Part shown: in pieces, positions 8,952 to 19,892 of the stretch
Numbering within the stretch: the stretch's first letter is position 1
Layout: each line of letters opens with the position of its first letter
Notes under the pieces: generated by a model
Told to the model about the DNA's origin: nothing
The model's database searches: none
The model's input: the letters and a program-made list of their open reading frames with translations, nothing else
NCBI GenBank assembly: GCA_963695545.1
Contig: OY968796.1
Span: 3,936,001 to 4,000,000, forward strand
Source: Terriglobia bacterium
Lineage (GTDB): Bacteria > Acidobacteriota > Terriglobia > Acidiferrales > UBA7541
DNA: 64,000 nt
Reading direction: 5' to 3'
Position numbers and translations under genes: made by a program

Positions 8952-11519
8952 TCAATGCGGTGGCGGATTCGCCGCCGGCTGAGACTGGTCGGAACCCTGC
9001 TTATTGGGAGCCTGATCCGACCCTTTGTCTGGCCCGAAGATACCAAAAATCCGCTGCAAGAGGCCTTTTTTCTTTGTGGCGTCCGTAGCCGGTTGGTCAC
9101 CCTGGCCTGGCGCGGTTCCAGGAGGCTGTCCCGGAGCGGAGGAAGAGGCCGCGCCGGGCGGCTTTGGCTGATCGGAACCGCCAAAGGCGCGCGAGAGCCA
9201 CGAGTCTGAAGGCGCGGCAGCCATCGAGCGATCGCAGAATTCGGTGGGCTCGGTCCCGGAGATGTAGACCTCCTGGCGTGTGTCCGGGCAAGCGGGAGTG
9301 GCGAGCTCGAGGGTGCTCGTGTCGATAGTGACGGTGGTGATGCCGTCGGGCGGATTGAACGCTTGCGTGTTCGAGTATGCGGGCAATGTTACCGCGCGCT
9401 TCATGAATTCGGCCCAGATCGGCGCGGCCGAATTCGTTCCCGAAAGCGTGAGGTCGCGATTATCGTCGAAGCCGACCCACACGATGCATTCAAGGTTCGA
9501 GGTGTAGCCGGCGAACCAGCCGTCGTGCGAGGTTCCGGTCTTGCCCGCGGCGGGCGCGGTGAAACCACGCGCGCGAACGGTGTAGCCAGTGCCATGATCG
9601 ATAACGTCTTCGAGCACGCTGGTCACCAGAAACGCGACGCGCGGATCCAGTACCTGGCGATTGCGCGGCTGATTGTTTTCGAGCACTTCGCTGGACGACG
9701 AACGCACGCTGCGGATGAACATGGGCTCGGCGCGCACTCCATGATTGGCGAAAGTGGTGTAGCCGGCGGCGACTTCGAGCGGCGTCATCTCATAGGAGCC
9801 GAGAGCCATGGCCGGCGTCGGCTCGATGGTCTGCGGAAGACCAAGCTGGCGCGCGAACTGGGCCACGCGACCGTAGCCCACCATTTCCGCCACTTTCACG
9901 GTGGCCACGTTCAGCGAAAATGTGAGGGCCTCGCGCAGCGTTACCGTGCCGTGAAATTCCTCGCCGTAATTGTTGGGCGTGTACTCCTTGCCGTCGAAAT
10001 CAAAGGTAGTCGGCGAATCGTCGACGGTCGTCGCGGTGGTCAGCACCGGTTCCATGCCTTCGACGGCGTTGTCGAACGCGGCGGCGTAGACGAACGGCTT
10101 AAAGGCAGAGCCCGGCTGGCGCATGGCCAGCGCGTGATTGAGCTGGCTTTCGCCGTAGTCGCGGCCGCCCACCAGCGCCTTGATTTCTCCGGTGCGCGGA
10201 TCGATCACAACCATGGCGACTTGAGGCCGCGCGTCGTCGCCTTGTTTGTGCCACTTCGCGTAGCGGCGCGCGAGCTGATCATCCACATTTTTCATTCCGA
10301 TCTCGACGGCCTCGGAAGCGAAGCGCTGCAGATCCGGATCGATGGTGGTGTAGACGCGAAAATCCTGCGAGAGCAAATCGGATTCAGAGAATTTATCGAG
10401 GAGATGGTCCTTCACCATGTCCACGAAGTACGGCGCGGCGCTGCCTTCGAGCGCTCCGCCCACGATATGTAACGGAGTCTTGCGCGCGGCCTCCGCGTCC
10501 GCGGGAGTGGCCACGCCGTTTTCCACCATTTGCGTGAGCACGCGATCGCGCGCGTCGTCGGCGCGGTCCGGGCGCAGATCTACGGAGGAGTAGCGATTGG
10601 GCGCGCGGATGATCGCGGCCAGAAACGCTGCCTGGCCGAGCGTCAGATTTTGCATATCCTTGTTGAAATATGCGTAGGAACCTTCGGCGAAACCATGGAT
10701 AGCGAAGCTGCCGCGATTGCCAAGGTAAATTTCGTTGGCATAGAGCTCGAAGATCTCCTGCTTCGAGAAACGATGTTCGAGTTCGAGCGCGACCATGGTT
10801 TCAGCCACTTTGCGGCGCCAGGTTCGCTGCGTCGAAAAGAAAAAACTGCGCGACACTTGCATGTCGATGGTGCTGGCGCCTTGCGCGCGCGCGTCGTGGC
10901 GCAAATCGGCCCAGGCCGCGCCGAAGATGCGCACCGGGTCGAAACCGGGATGCTCGAAGAAGCGTTTGTCTTCGGCGGAAAGCACGGCATCGAGCAGCAC
11001 CTTGGGAATGTCCGCGAAATGCACGACGCGGCGCTTTTCGCGCGTGCTGTCGAAGAGATTGGTTAGCAGCTCGGGTTCGATTTCCGCGCTCGCGACGTCT
11101 TGCCCCGACGCCATTTGCTGGATGTGCGCGATTTTTCCATCCAAGAACGTGACGCGCAGCGCGTTGCCGCCCTCGAAATAGGATCCCTCCGAGGGATGTA
11201 TTTCCAGGACCTCGCCCTCGATGGCGTACCAGCCCGGGGCGCCTTCGGAATCGAGGTGCGTGTAGCCCGAGCGCTCAAGGCGAGCGATCATTTCGCTCTC
11301 CGTCATCGCTTCGCCTTCGGCGATGGGCTCCGGCGCGGCGTAGATCCGGGCGCTCGACTGGTAGACCTGGCCCGAAAGCCGGGCGTCAATCATGTGGCCG
11401 AAGTGAACCCAGTAATAAGTGAAGACACCAAGGCCGGTTAGAAATACAGCGGTGACGAGGCCAAGAATCGAAAGGCCCCAAATGGACGTCCAGAAACCTC
11501 TACTCACCCTGATCTTCAC
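8952..11519 (-). CDS. mrcB: Class A penicillin-binding protein, PBP1B-like (TM, UB2H-like, GT51, transpeptidase)
   Basis: AEDKRFFEHPG, GASTI, RKVAE, SAFK (SxxK), SLN, GKTGT; UB2H-like segment before the GT domain. Start uncertain (GTG 11519 or 11558). Confidence 0.9.
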   Translation of the reverse strand: MKIRVSRGFWTSIWGLSILGLVTAVFLTGLGVFTYYWVHFGHMIDARLSGQVYQSSARIYAAPEPIAEGEAMTESEMIARLERSGYTHLDSEGAPGWYAIEGEVLEIHPSEGSYFEGGNALRVTFLDGKIAHIQQMASGQDVASAEIEPELLTNLFDSTREKRRVVHFADIPKVLLDAVLSAEDKRFFEHPGFDPVRIFGAAWADLRHDARAQGASTIDMQVSRSFFFSTQRTWRRKVAETMVALELEHRFSKQEIFELYANEIYLGNRGSFAIHGFAEGSYAYFNKDMQNLTLGQAAFLAAIIRAPNRYSSVDLRPDRADDARDRVLTQMVENGVATPADAEAARKTPLHIVGGALEGSAAPYFVDMVKDHLLDKFSESDLLSQDFRVYTTIDPDLQRFASEAVEIGMKNVDDQLARRYAKWHKQGDDARPQVAMVVIDPRTGEIKALVGGRDYGESQLNHALAMRQPGSAFKPFVYAAAFDNAVEGMEPVLTTATTVDDSPTTFDFDGKEYTPNNYGEEFHGTVTLREALTFSLNVATVKVAEMVGYGRVAQFARQLGLPQTIEPTPAMALGSYEMTPLEVAAGYTTFANHGVRAEPMFIRSVRSSSSEVLENNQPRNRQVLDPRVAFLVTSVLEDVIDHGTGYTVRARGFTAPAAGKTGTSHDGWFAGYTSNLECIVWVGFDDNRDLTLSGTNSAAPIWAEFMKRAVTLPAYSNTQAFNPPDGITTVTIDTSTLELATPACPDTRQEVYISGTEPTEFCDRSMAAAPSDSWLSRAFGGSDQPKPPGAASSSAPGQPPGTAPGQGDQPATDATKKKGLLQRIFGIFGPDKGSDQAPNKQGSDQSQPAANPPPH

Positions 11520-11726
11520 AGCAACTGTTCCCCACTCCGCCGCACAAACTGAATACACTTACTAAGATGCGCATTCTCCGCAACTAGAGTTTACACGGTG
11601 GCGGGTTGCCCCCTCACGCAAAATCGATGCTAAGGCACGCGGGGGTACCGGAGGACGCAGAGCGCTTCGCGCCGTCCGGCAGCGCCGACGGCATTACTTT
11701 AGACGGGCACGGAAGGACTTCGTGTA

Positions 11727-12137
11727 TCAGATGAGGGTAACGCTGGTGGCGGAGGGATGGAAATTGAAGGTCCACTGGTAGACCATCAGGTTCACGGTCA
11801 CGGAATAAGTCACGTCTATCTGCACGCCGTATCCGTGTTGGGTCACGGTGATATCTGAAGCCGTCACCGGCAGGTCATGCGATTGCGCCGACTTCAAGAC
11901 CACCGCTTTGACATCATCGAGAGATTGCCGGTTATAAGGGGCGTAGCGGGCCTCGGTCTGGACGTCATCCTGAAACTGATACTCGGCGAATAGCACTGGG
12001 ACCACTTCGACCGACACGTAGATAAATGCGGCAAAGAGGGCTAGCCAAATAAGCGCTTTTATGCGGGCGCCGCCACGCTCTTTGCGACGAGCGCTCGACC
12101 CGATAGCGTCTCCGGCGATGGAAATTCGAGCAGGCAC
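11727..12137 (-). CDS. Small membrane-anchored protein, DUF4845-like
   Basis: RKERG followed by one TM and a soluble domain ending in beta strands. GTG 12137 chosen because TGC-TAGCAT lies 7 nt upstream. Confidence 0.6.
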   Translation of the reverse strand: MPARISIAGDAIGSSARRKERGGARIKALIWLALFAAFIYVSVEVVPVLFAEYQFQDDVQTEARYAPYNRQSLDDVKAVVLKSAQSHDLPVTASDITVTQHGYGVQIDVTYSVTVNLMVYQWTFNFHPSATSVTLI

Positions 12138-12304
12138 GGATTCGATGCTAGCATCGGCCCGATCGAGATGTCGATGGAGCTTTGACAGCGATGATTCGAG
12201 GAAGTTACCTGTACTTCGCGTGGGGGGAGGCAGTCGAGTGGTGTGCAAATCATTGGAACGAATGCATTTAGGAGGCCGAAACGGTTACTTCTGAAGCGGT
12301 GGCC

Positions 12305-13744
12305 TCAGTAGGCTTTCCCAAATATTGCGCGCTCGGTGGCCGCCGCGCCGCAGAAAATGCACGCGCCGCTCCCGCCCGCCTGGTCGAACGGAATGCAACG
12401 CATGGTGGCCTTGGTCGATTCCTTAATTTTCTCCTCGCAGTTGGACGCGCCGCACCAGAAAACTCGCGCGAATCCCGTTTCCACCGCTTCCTTGAACTCC
12501 TCGAAATTGGAGGGCTCGCGCGTGTGCGCTTCGCGGAAAGCGAGCGCGCGATCGAATAGCGATTTCTGCACCGTTGCCAGGGCATCCTTCACGGCCTCGA
12601 CGACGCCGGCCTGCGGCACCGGCGACTTCCCTTCTCTGCCGGGCTTATCGCGACGCGCCAATACGACTGAATTATTGGATACATCTTTCGGTCCGATCTC
12701 GATGCGCAGTGGTACGCCGCGCATTTCCCAATCGTTGAATTTGAAACCGGGGCTTGCGCCTTCGCGCTCGTCGGTTTTGGTGCGAATGCCGGCGGCGAGG
12801 AACGCAGCGCGCACGCTGGCCGCTGCTTCGAGAGTTGCGGCGCGCTCGGCGTCGTTTTTCCAGATGGGCACGATCGCGGCCTGAATCGGCGCAAGTTTCG
12901 GCGGCAAGATCAAACCCTGGTCGTCGCCGTGCACCATGATGATGGCGCCGATGATGCGCGTCGAAAGGCCCCACGAGGTCGTCCAGCAATATTGCAGCGC
13001 GCCAGCGGGATCGAGATATCTGATCTCGAAGGCCTTCGCGAAATTTTGTCCCAGGTTGTGCGAAGTGCCGGATTGCAACGCCTTGCCATCGCCCATCATA
13101 GCTTCGATCGAATAGGTTTGATCGGCGCCGGCGAAGCGCTCGGCTTCGGACTTGCGTCCGGGAATCACGGGCAGCGCGGCATCGTTCACGGCGAAATCGG
13201 TGTAGATATCGAGCATTTGACGCGTCTCGAATTCGGCCTCGGCCAAAGTGGCGTGCGCGGTGTGGCCCTCCTGCCAGAAAAATTCGAGCGTGCGCAGGAA
13301 AAGTTTGGTGCGCAGTTCCCAGCGCACCACGCTATTCCACTGATTGATCAGCAGCGGCAAATCGCGATACGACTGAATCCACTTCGCGTAGGAATGGCCG
13401 ATGATGGTTTCCGATGTGGGCCGAATTACCAGCGGCTCTTCCAGTTCTTCGCCGCCGCCGTGCGTGACGACAGCAAGCTCGGGAGAAAATCCGGCCACGT
13501 GCGATTTTTCCTTGTCGATGAAACTGCGCGGAATCAGCAGCGGAAACGCCGCATTGACGTGGCCGGTGGCCTTGAATCGGCCATCGAGCGCCTGCTGAAT
13601 ATTTTCCCAGAGCGCCCAACCGTAAGGCCTCACGATCATGCAGCCGCGCACCGGCGCATAATCCGCCAATTCGGCTTTCAGGACGAGCTGGTTGTACCAT
13701 TCGTTGAAATCTTCAGCGCGCGTCGGCAACTTTTGTTCAGCCAT
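12305..13744 (-). CDS. proS: Proline--tRNA ligase (archaeal/eukaryote-like type, no INS editing domain)
   Basis: IRPTSET, FLRTLEFFWQEGHT, QSGTSHNLGQNF, C-terminal Cys cluster and terminal FGKAY. Confidence 0.97.
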   Translation of the reverse strand: MAEQKLPTRAEDFNEWYNQLVLKAELADYAPVRGCMIVRPYGWALWENIQQALDGRFKATGHVNAAFPLLIPRSFIDKEKSHVAGFSPELAVVTHGGGEELEEPLVIRPTSETIIGHSYAKWIQSYRDLPLLINQWNSVVRWELRTKLFLRTLEFFWQEGHTAHATLAEAEFETRQMLDIYTDFAVNDAALPVIPGRKSEAERFAGADQTYSIEAMMGDGKALQSGTSHNLGQNFAKAFEIRYLDPAGALQYCWTTSWGLSTRIIGAIIMVHGDDQGLILPPKLAPIQAAIVPIWKNDAERAATLEAAASVRAAFLAAGIRTKTDEREGASPGFKFNDWEMRGVPLRIEIGPKDVSNNSVVLARRDKPGREGKSPVPQAGVVEAVKDALATVQKSLFDRALAFREAHTREPSNFEEFKEAVETGFARVFWCGASNCEEKIKESTKATMRCIPFDQAGGSGACIFCGAAATERAIFGKAY

Positions 13745-13882
13745 GCGATTTAGGAAGCGCTCCTTCGCCGCGATGCAAACGAAGAAGCGTAGTCGAGCGT
13801 TCCGGTGCTGTCAACGAAGGGTCGGCGGATGCCGACCCGGAGCGTCTGGACTTCACCCCCACCGACGCGCTCACAAACGAGA

Positions 13883-15043
13883 TCACGTGCAGGGCGACGC
13901 GGTCAATTTCTTGTTCCGGCCGGCGAGAACATCCTCGTACACGCAGTGCACTTGCGCCGCGGAGCGTTCCCAAGAGAAGCGGCGCACCAGATCGTAACCT
14001 CGCTCGACGAGCGAGGCGCGCAATTCGTCATCAGTGAGGATTTGGCGGATGCCGCGCGCGATATCGAACACGTTTTCCGGATTCACCAGCAACGCCGCGG
14101 TGCCGAACACTTCCGGCAGCGACGACACATTTGACGTGAGCACGGGCGTACCGTGAGCCATGGCCTCGAGCGGCGGCAATCCGAAACCTTCGTACAGCGA
14201 CGGAAACAAGAACGCCGCGGCGCGCGCGTAAAAAACGCGGAGCACCGTCTGTGGAACGAATCCGAGGAATCGCACGTCTCCGCGCACACGCGAGCGCACC
14301 ACGGCGCGTCGCAAATCCGATTGCTCGGTCTGCGCGTCGCCGATCAGCAACAATTTCAATTGCGCATAGCGCGGATCGTCTGCGAGTTCACCCTTGGCGA
14401 CGGCGAAGGCCTCGATCAGGCGGGGTAGATTTTTCTGCGGCTTGATGTTGCCGGCGTAGAGGACGTACGGACCGGTGATGTCGTGGCGCGCAAGGATGGT
14501 ATCGGCATCGGCCGGCGCGGGCTCGCGCAGCAACAAATCGTCGACGGCGTTGTAGATCACTTCGATCTTGCGCTCGTCCACGCCGAAGGTGTTCGAGAGA
14601 TCGCGCTTCGAGGCCTGCGAGACGGCCAATACGCGATCTGCGCGAGCCAAGGCGCGGCGCGCGAAATAGAGTCGCCCGGCCTGTACCGGAGCAGACGCAC
14701 CCACGCTCGGCTGTATCACGTCGGTCAGGTCGTGCACGGTGATTACAAGTTTCGAGGGCACAATTGCCGGAGCGTAAAACCACGGCATGTGCAGCAGGTC
14801 AACGCGCAGCCGGCGCAGCAGCCATGGAAGAGCGGTGTGCGTACGCAGCGAACCGACCGGCGCATCGTACTCGACGAGCTCGAAGTTGTCCGGCAGACGG
14901 CCGCAGAGATCGAAGTGGCGGCACTGGCCGATCAATAAGTAGCGCGTGGTGCGGTCGGCGCGCGCGAGTTGGTAAATGATGTTGCGGGTGTATGTGCCGA
15001 GGCCGAAATCGCCGGCGCGGCGAATATCAATCGCGACGCGCAT
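13883..15043 (-). CDS. GT4 family glycosyltransferase
   Basis: MRVAID start, [38 protein letters not shown]; overlaps the glyA 3' end. Confidence 0.93.
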   Translation of the reverse strand: MRVAIDIRRAGDFGLGTYTRNIIYQLARADRTTRYLLIGQCRHFDLCGRLPDNFELVEYDAPVGSLRTHTALPWLLRRLRVDLLHMPWFYAPAIVPSKLVITVHDLTDVIQPSVGASAPVQAGRLYFARRALARADRVLAVSQASKRDLSNTFGVDERKIEVIYNAVDDLLLREPAPADADTILARHDITGPYVLYAGNIKPQKNLPRLIEAFAVAKGELADDPRYAQLKLLLIGDAQTEQSDLRRAVVRSRVRGDVRFLGFVPQTVLRVFYARAAAFLFPSLYEGFGLPPLEAMAHGTPVLTSNVSSLPEVFGTAALLVNPENVFDIARGIRQILTDDELRASLVERGYDLVRRFSWERSAAQVHCVYEDVLAGRNKKLTASPCT

Positions 15044-16325
15044 CGCGCCACCGGCGCTCGTAGAGCGGGAAGCGGGCGGTGAAGTCGGCGACTTCGGCGC
15101 GCACACGGCGCTCGCGCTCGGCGTCGCCCAAATGCTCGAGAATTTCGGCGATCCATTGCGCGATCGGTTGCATTTCGGCTTCGCGCATGCCGCGGGTGGT
15201 GATCGCAGGCGTGCCCATGCGAATTCCGCCGGCGACCATCGGCGGCGTCGGATCGAACGGAATCGAATTCTTGTTCACGGTGATCGCGGCGCGATCAAGC
15301 GCGGGCTGCGCGTCCTTGCCCGTGATGCCGCGCGAATAGAGGTCGACGAGGAAAAGATGATTGTCCGTACCGCCGGAAACAATGCGGAATCCGCGATTCA
15401 CAAGCGCGTGCGCGAGCGCCTGCGCGTTGGTCACGATCTGCTGCTGATAGGGACGAAATTCGGGCTGCATGGCTTCCGCGAAACACACGGCCTTGGCCGC
15501 GATGATGTGCATGTGCGGGCCGCCCTGCGTGCCGGGGAACAAAATGCGATCCACGTCCTTGGCGTACTGCTCGCGGCACAGAATAAGGCCGGCGCGCGGA
15601 CCGCGCAGCGTTTTGTGCGTCGTCGAGGTGACGTAATCGGCGTGCGGCACGGGGCTCGGGTGGACGCCGGCGGCGACGAGGCCCGCGATGTGCGCCATGT
15701 CGACGAACAGCAGCGCGCCGACCGAACGCGCGATATCTCCCATGCGCGCGAAATCGATCACGCGCGAATAGGCGCTGGCGCCGACCACGATCATTTTCGG
15801 ATGATGCTCGGCGGCGAGCGCGGCGAGCTCGTCGTAATCGATCATTTCCGTGTCGCGACGCACGCCGTATGCGATGAACTTGTACATAATTCCGGAGAAA
15901 TTGAGCGGATGTCCGTGCGTCAGATGCCCGCCATGCGCGAGGTTCATGCCGAGGACGGTATCGCCCGGCTTGAGCGCCGCCATGTACACCGCGACGTTGG
16001 CCTGCGTGCCGGAGTGCGGCTGCACGTTCGCGTGTTCGGCGCCGAAAAGTTGCTTCGCGCGATCGATCGCCAGCTGCTCGATCTGATCGGCGAATTCACA
16101 GCCGCCGTAATAGCGCCGGCCCACCGAACCTTCCGCATACTTGTTGGTGAAAACGGAGCCCATGGCTTCGAGCACGGCTTCGGAAACGAAATTCTCGGAT
16201 GGAATCAACTCGAGGCCGGTGGCCTGGCGCTTGGCTTCCGCGCGCAGGATTTCGGCGACGACGGGATCCACTTCGGCGAGCGGCGCGTTCATGCGGTCGA
16301 TTGGGGAAGATGTTGTTGGGCTCAT
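15027..16325 (-). CDS. glyA: Serine hydroxymethyltransferase
   Basis: [32 protein letters not shown] (PLP lysine). Confidence 0.98.
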   Translation of the reverse strand: MSPTTSSPIDRMNAPLAEVDPVVAEILRAEAKRQATGLELIPSENFVSEAVLEAMGSVFTNKYAEGSVGRRYYGGCEFADQIEQLAIDRAKQLFGAEHANVQPHSGTQANVAVYMAALKPGDTVLGMNLAHGGHLTHGHPLNFSGIMYKFIAYGVRRDTEMIDYDELAALAAEHHPKMIVVGASAYSRVIDFARMGDIARSVGALLFVDMAHIAGLVAAGVHPSPVPHADYVTSTTHKTLRGPRAGLILCREQYAKDVDRILFPGTQGGPHMHIIAAKAVCFAEAMQPEFRPYQQQIVTNAQALAHALVNRGFRIVSGGTDNHLFLVDLYSRGITGKDAQPALDRAAITVNKNSIPFDPTPPMVAGGIRMGTPAITTRGMREAEMQPIAQWIAEILEHLGDAERERRVRAEVADFTARFPLYERRWRDARRD

Positions 16326-16399
16326 GGCCTCACGCTCGCTTCCGAAGTCGTGGATTTCTTTCGCCGCGATATTCGCGCGGCGACGAACAGTTACGGCCG

Positions 16400-16882
16400 C
16401 TAGACTTTTGAGTGCGCGTCTCGCTCGCGGTCGAGGTCCGCGATCTTATCGATGCGCCGCTGGTGCCGTCCGACGCGAAAATCGGTCGCCAGGAAATCCT
16501 TCACGATCTCGATGGCCTGATCGTCGGTCACCACGCGCCCGCCAAGCGTTAGCACGTTGGCGTTGTTGTGCTGACGCGCGAGACGCGCCGTCATCGCGTC
16601 GTGAGCCAGCGCCGCGCGAACGCCTTCAACTTTGTTCGCCGCGATGGACATCCCGATGCCCGTGCCGCACGCGAGAAAACCGAAATCATCTTGCCCGGCG
16701 ACGACGCGATCGGCGACTTTTTTCGCGTAGTCCGGGTAATCCACCGATTCTTCCGACCACGTGCCCACGTCGTCCACAAGATATCCCGACGATTCCAGAT
16801 ATTTCTTGACGGCCTCTTTCACGTGGTAGCCGGCATGATCGGCGCCGACTGCGATGCGCGGCTTTTGCTCAAGATCGGTCAT
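16400..16882 (-). CDS. rpiB: Ribose-5-phosphate isomerase B
   Basis: [38 protein letters not shown]. Confidence 0.96.
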   Translation of the reverse strand: MTDLEQKPRIAVGADHAGYHVKEAVKKYLESSGYLVDDVGTWSEESVDYPDYAKKVADRVVAGQDDFGFLACGTGIGMSIAANKVEGVRAALAHDAMTARLARQHNNANVLTLGGRVVTDDQAIEIVKDFLATDFRVGRHQRRIDKIADLDRERDAHSKV

Positions 16883-16968
16883 GAAAATGAATCCGACGCG
16901 ATTCTAGCAGGATGCCGTGCCAACTTTAAAGCCGCTCGATCCGACTGCACCGCACGTGGCCGGCGCGC

Positions 16969-17376
16969 TCACATGGCGACGATCTCAAGCTCCGCGACGC
17001 GGCCCGCGCGGATTGAAAACGCGCGGACCGGCGCGGGCCGATCGGCGCGCGGCGAAACAATGAAATACGCGACGTCCGAATAGAACGCGAGCTCGATGTC
17101 GCGCGGCGAAGGAAAATTGTCGGTGGAAGGATGCGAATGATAGATGCCGGCGAAATCCAGGCGCTCGTGGCGCATGCGACGAAAGAGAGCGAAGAGCTCG
17201 CGGGGAGCGATCTCGTATGCGGTTGCGCTGGCGAGGGCGTTCTTCGCGGGAAGCAACGTCGTGATTACGCCGTTGCGCGCGGCCACCAGGCCGCAGCATT
17301 CCTGATCGGCGCGCTCGCGTGCGGCGGCGAGAAGTTCGTCTAGGACGCTTGCCAGGATGCGCACCGGTTCGCTCAC
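16969..17376 (-). CDS. JAB/MPN+ (M67) metallopeptidase
   Basis: ECCG and YHSHPSTDNFPSPRD (HxH-x7-S-xx-D). Confidence 0.92.
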   Translation of the reverse strand: MSEPVRILASVLDELLAAARERADQECCGLVAARNGVITTLLPAKNALASATAYEIAPRELFALFRRMRHERLDFAGIYHSHPSTDNFPSPRDIELAFYSDVAYFIVSPRADRPAPVRAFSIRAGRVAELEIVAM

Positions 17377-17429
17377 GCCGAGAGTTTACACCGCGGCGCA
17401 ATCGTCGGCGGCAGTGCCGCCGCGCGAGA

Positions 17430-18596
17430 TCAGGCTTTCTGCGGCGAGCGGCGCAGGAACGTCGGCACGTCAAGATCGTCGGTGGCGGCATCCTGCTGGT
17501 GAATGACTTCGGAAACGTTCTGGCGAACCTCGTCGACGACGTTCGATTGTTCGCGCGTGGCCCTCCAGGTTTTCGGGAGATACGAAGCGCGCTGCTGGTT
17601 CGGAGATTTGCGCGCGGCTTCGCGGAAGCCGGCGGCGATCACGGTGATCTTCACCGACTCTTTCATGGCGTCGTCCTGCACGGCGCCGAAAATGATGTTG
17701 GCGTTCTCGTGCGCGGCCTTCTGAATGATCGAGCTCGCCTCGTGCACTTCGTGCAGCGTGAGGCTCGACGAGCCGGTGACATTAATAAGGATGCCCTGCG
17801 CGCCCTGGATGGAATTGTCCTCGAGCAGCGGGCTATTGATGGCGCGATTGGCGGCGTCGATTGCGCGATTCGAGCCGGTTGCGACAGCCGTGCCCATCAC
17901 GGCGTAGCCCTGGCCCTGCATGATCGTTTTCACGTCGGCGAAATCGCGATTGATGATGCCGGGAATCGTGATGATGTCGCTGATGCCCTGCACGGCCTGA
18001 CGCAGGATGTCATCGGCGATGCGAAACGCTTCAAAGAAACTCGTGCCGCGCTCAACGGTTTCCATCAAGCGCTCGTTCGGAATCACGATGACGGTATCAA
18101 CGCAGCCGACAAGCTCCGCGAGCGCCTGCTCGGCTTGCAGCATGCGGCGCTTGCCCTCGAACGCGAAAGGCTTGGTGACGACCGCGACGGTGAGCGCGCC
18201 GAGCTCGCTCGCAAGCGACGCCACCACCGGCGCCGCGCCGCTGCCCGTGCCGCCGCCGAGACCGGCGGTGAGAAAAATCATGTCCGCGCCTTCGAGCGCT
18301 TCGATGATTTTTTCCGTGTCTTCGAGTGCCGCCTTGCGGCCGACCTCGGGATTGGCGCCCGCGCCGAGTCCCTTGGTGAGCTTCGCGCCGAGCTGCAATT
18401 TCACCGGCGCCTGAGAAAGCTTGAGCGCCTGCAAATCGGTATTGGCGCCGACAAATTCGACGCCTTCGACTTTGGCGCGAATCATGCGATTGACGGCGTT
18501 CGAGCCGCCACCGCCGACACCAATCACTTTGATCCGCGCGCCCTGCTGATGATCGTCGGTGAACGAAATCCGTATTCCCGCATCCTTCGCCGTCAT
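17430..18596 (-). CDS. ftsZ: Cell division protein FtsZ
   Basis: [19 protein letters not shown] tubulin signature, C-terminal [10 protein letters not shown]. Confidence 0.99.
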   Translation of the reverse strand: MTAKDAGIRISFTDDHQQGARIKVIGVGGGGSNAVNRMIRAKVEGVEFVGANTDLQALKLSQAPVKLQLGAKLTKGLGAGANPEVGRKAALEDTEKIIEALEGADMIFLTAGLGGGTGSGAAPVVASLASELGALTVAVVTKPFAFEGKRRMLQAEQALAELVGCVDTVIVIPNERLMETVERGTSFFEAFRIADDILRQAVQGISDIITIPGIINRDFADVKTIMQGQGYAVMGTAVATGSNRAIDAANRAINSPLLEDNSIQGAQGILINVTGSSSLTLHEVHEASSIIQKAAHENANIIFGAVQDDAMKESVKITVIAAGFREAARKSPNQQRASYLPKTWRATREQSNVVDEVRQNVSEVIHQQDAATDDLDVPTFLRRSPQKA

Positions 18597-18632
18597 GTTG
18601 CCTCCCCTGATGTCTTGCCGATAGGTTGAGAA

Positions 18633-19847
18633 CTAGCCTCCGGCAAACATACTTTTGATTTTCGCCACCAGCGTCTGCGGTGGCGCGGGCATCTGACGAC
18701 GCGCGCGCGCCGCGTACAACAAAAGCCCGACGCCGGTGGCGTATTCCGGCTGGGAGAGTTCCTCGGGCATTCCATCGAGTCCGCGCGGCGCAGCAACGCG
18801 CACGGGCAAGCTGAAAACTCTTTCCGCAAGTTCGGGCAAGCCGCGCAGGCGCGCGCCGCCGCCGCACAACACCAATCCCGCGGGCAATTGGCGATCAAGT
18901 CCCGCGCGGCGCAAATTGTCGGAGACCAGCGCGAGCAACTCCTGCGCGCGAGGTCCAACAATTTCGTGCAGCATGCGCGAATAGATGGTGCGCGGCGGGC
19001 GGTCACCGACGCTGGCGATTTCAATCGCGTGATCTTCGCCTTCGAGCGGCCGCCAAACGCAGGCGTGCTCGCGTTTCACTTTTTCGGCTTCGGGAATCGG
19101 CGTGCGCAATCCGACCGCGAGATCGTTGGTAAAGTGATCGCCACCGACCGGGATCGCGTCGCTGTGGCGAACGACGCCGCCGGAGTACACGATGATCTCG
19201 GTTGTGCCGCCGCCGATTTCGAGCAGGCAGCAGCCCATCTCGCGCTCGTCTTGCGAGAGGCACGCTTCGGCCGCGGCCAGGGGCTCAAGGACGGTATCGG
19301 CGACTTCCACGCCGGCGTGATTCGCGGCGATCACCAGATTTTGCATCGCCGACGCCGAGCAGGTGACCAGGTGCACGTCCGCCTCCAGGCGTTGGCCTAC
19401 CATCCCGATGGGATCGCGGATGCTGTCCTGCGCGTCGAGCAAAAATTCCTGCGGCAGCACGTGCAGGACCACGCGATCTTCCGGCAGTGTGACGCCGCGC
19501 GCAGCTTCGACGGCGTGGCGCACGTCTTCGCGGTCGATATCGCGCGGTCGATTGCCGACGGTGATGCCGCCGCGGCTGGTGACGCCGTGAATGTGCGCGC
19601 CGGCCACGCCGACCACGGCGCGTTCCACCGGCACGCCGGCGACGCCTTCGGCCACTTCAAGCGCGTGCCGAATCGATCCGGCCACGGCTTCAAGGTTCAC
19701 GATCAATCCCTTGCGGACGCCTTTCGACTCCGCAGCGCCCATCGAAAGGAAGCGCAGTCCGCCGAGCTCATCCCATTCGCAAATGAGCGCGCAGGTCTTC
19801 GTGCTGCCGACGTCCAGCGCGACCAGATGCCGTTCTTTCTTCGCCAC
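18633..19847 (-). CDS. ftsA: Cell division protein FtsA
   Basis: LDVGSTK, EIGGGTT, VGGDHFTNDLA, C-terminal amphipathic helix. Confidence 0.98.
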   Translation of the reverse strand: MAKKERHLVALDVGSTKTCALICEWDELGGLRFLSMGAAESKGVRKGLIVNLEAVAGSIRHALEVAEGVAGVPVERAVVGVAGAHIHGVTSRGGITVGNRPRDIDREDVRHAVEAARGVTLPEDRVVLHVLPQEFLLDAQDSIRDPIGMVGQRLEADVHLVTCSASAMQNLVIAANHAGVEVADTVLEPLAAAEACLSQDEREMGCCLLEIGGGTTEIIVYSGGVVRHSDAIPVGGDHFTNDLAVGLRTPIPEAEKVKREHACVWRPLEGEDHAIEIASVGDRPPRTIYSRMLHEIVGPRAQELLALVSDNLRRAGLDRQLPAGLVLCGGGARLRGLPELAERVFSLPVRVAAPRGLDGMPEELSQPEYATGVGLLLYAARARRQMPAPPQTLVAKIKSMFAGG

Positions 19848-19892
19848 TCCGCCGCTCCCGGGACCTTTACTTCAACAGCTCCCCTGAAAACT

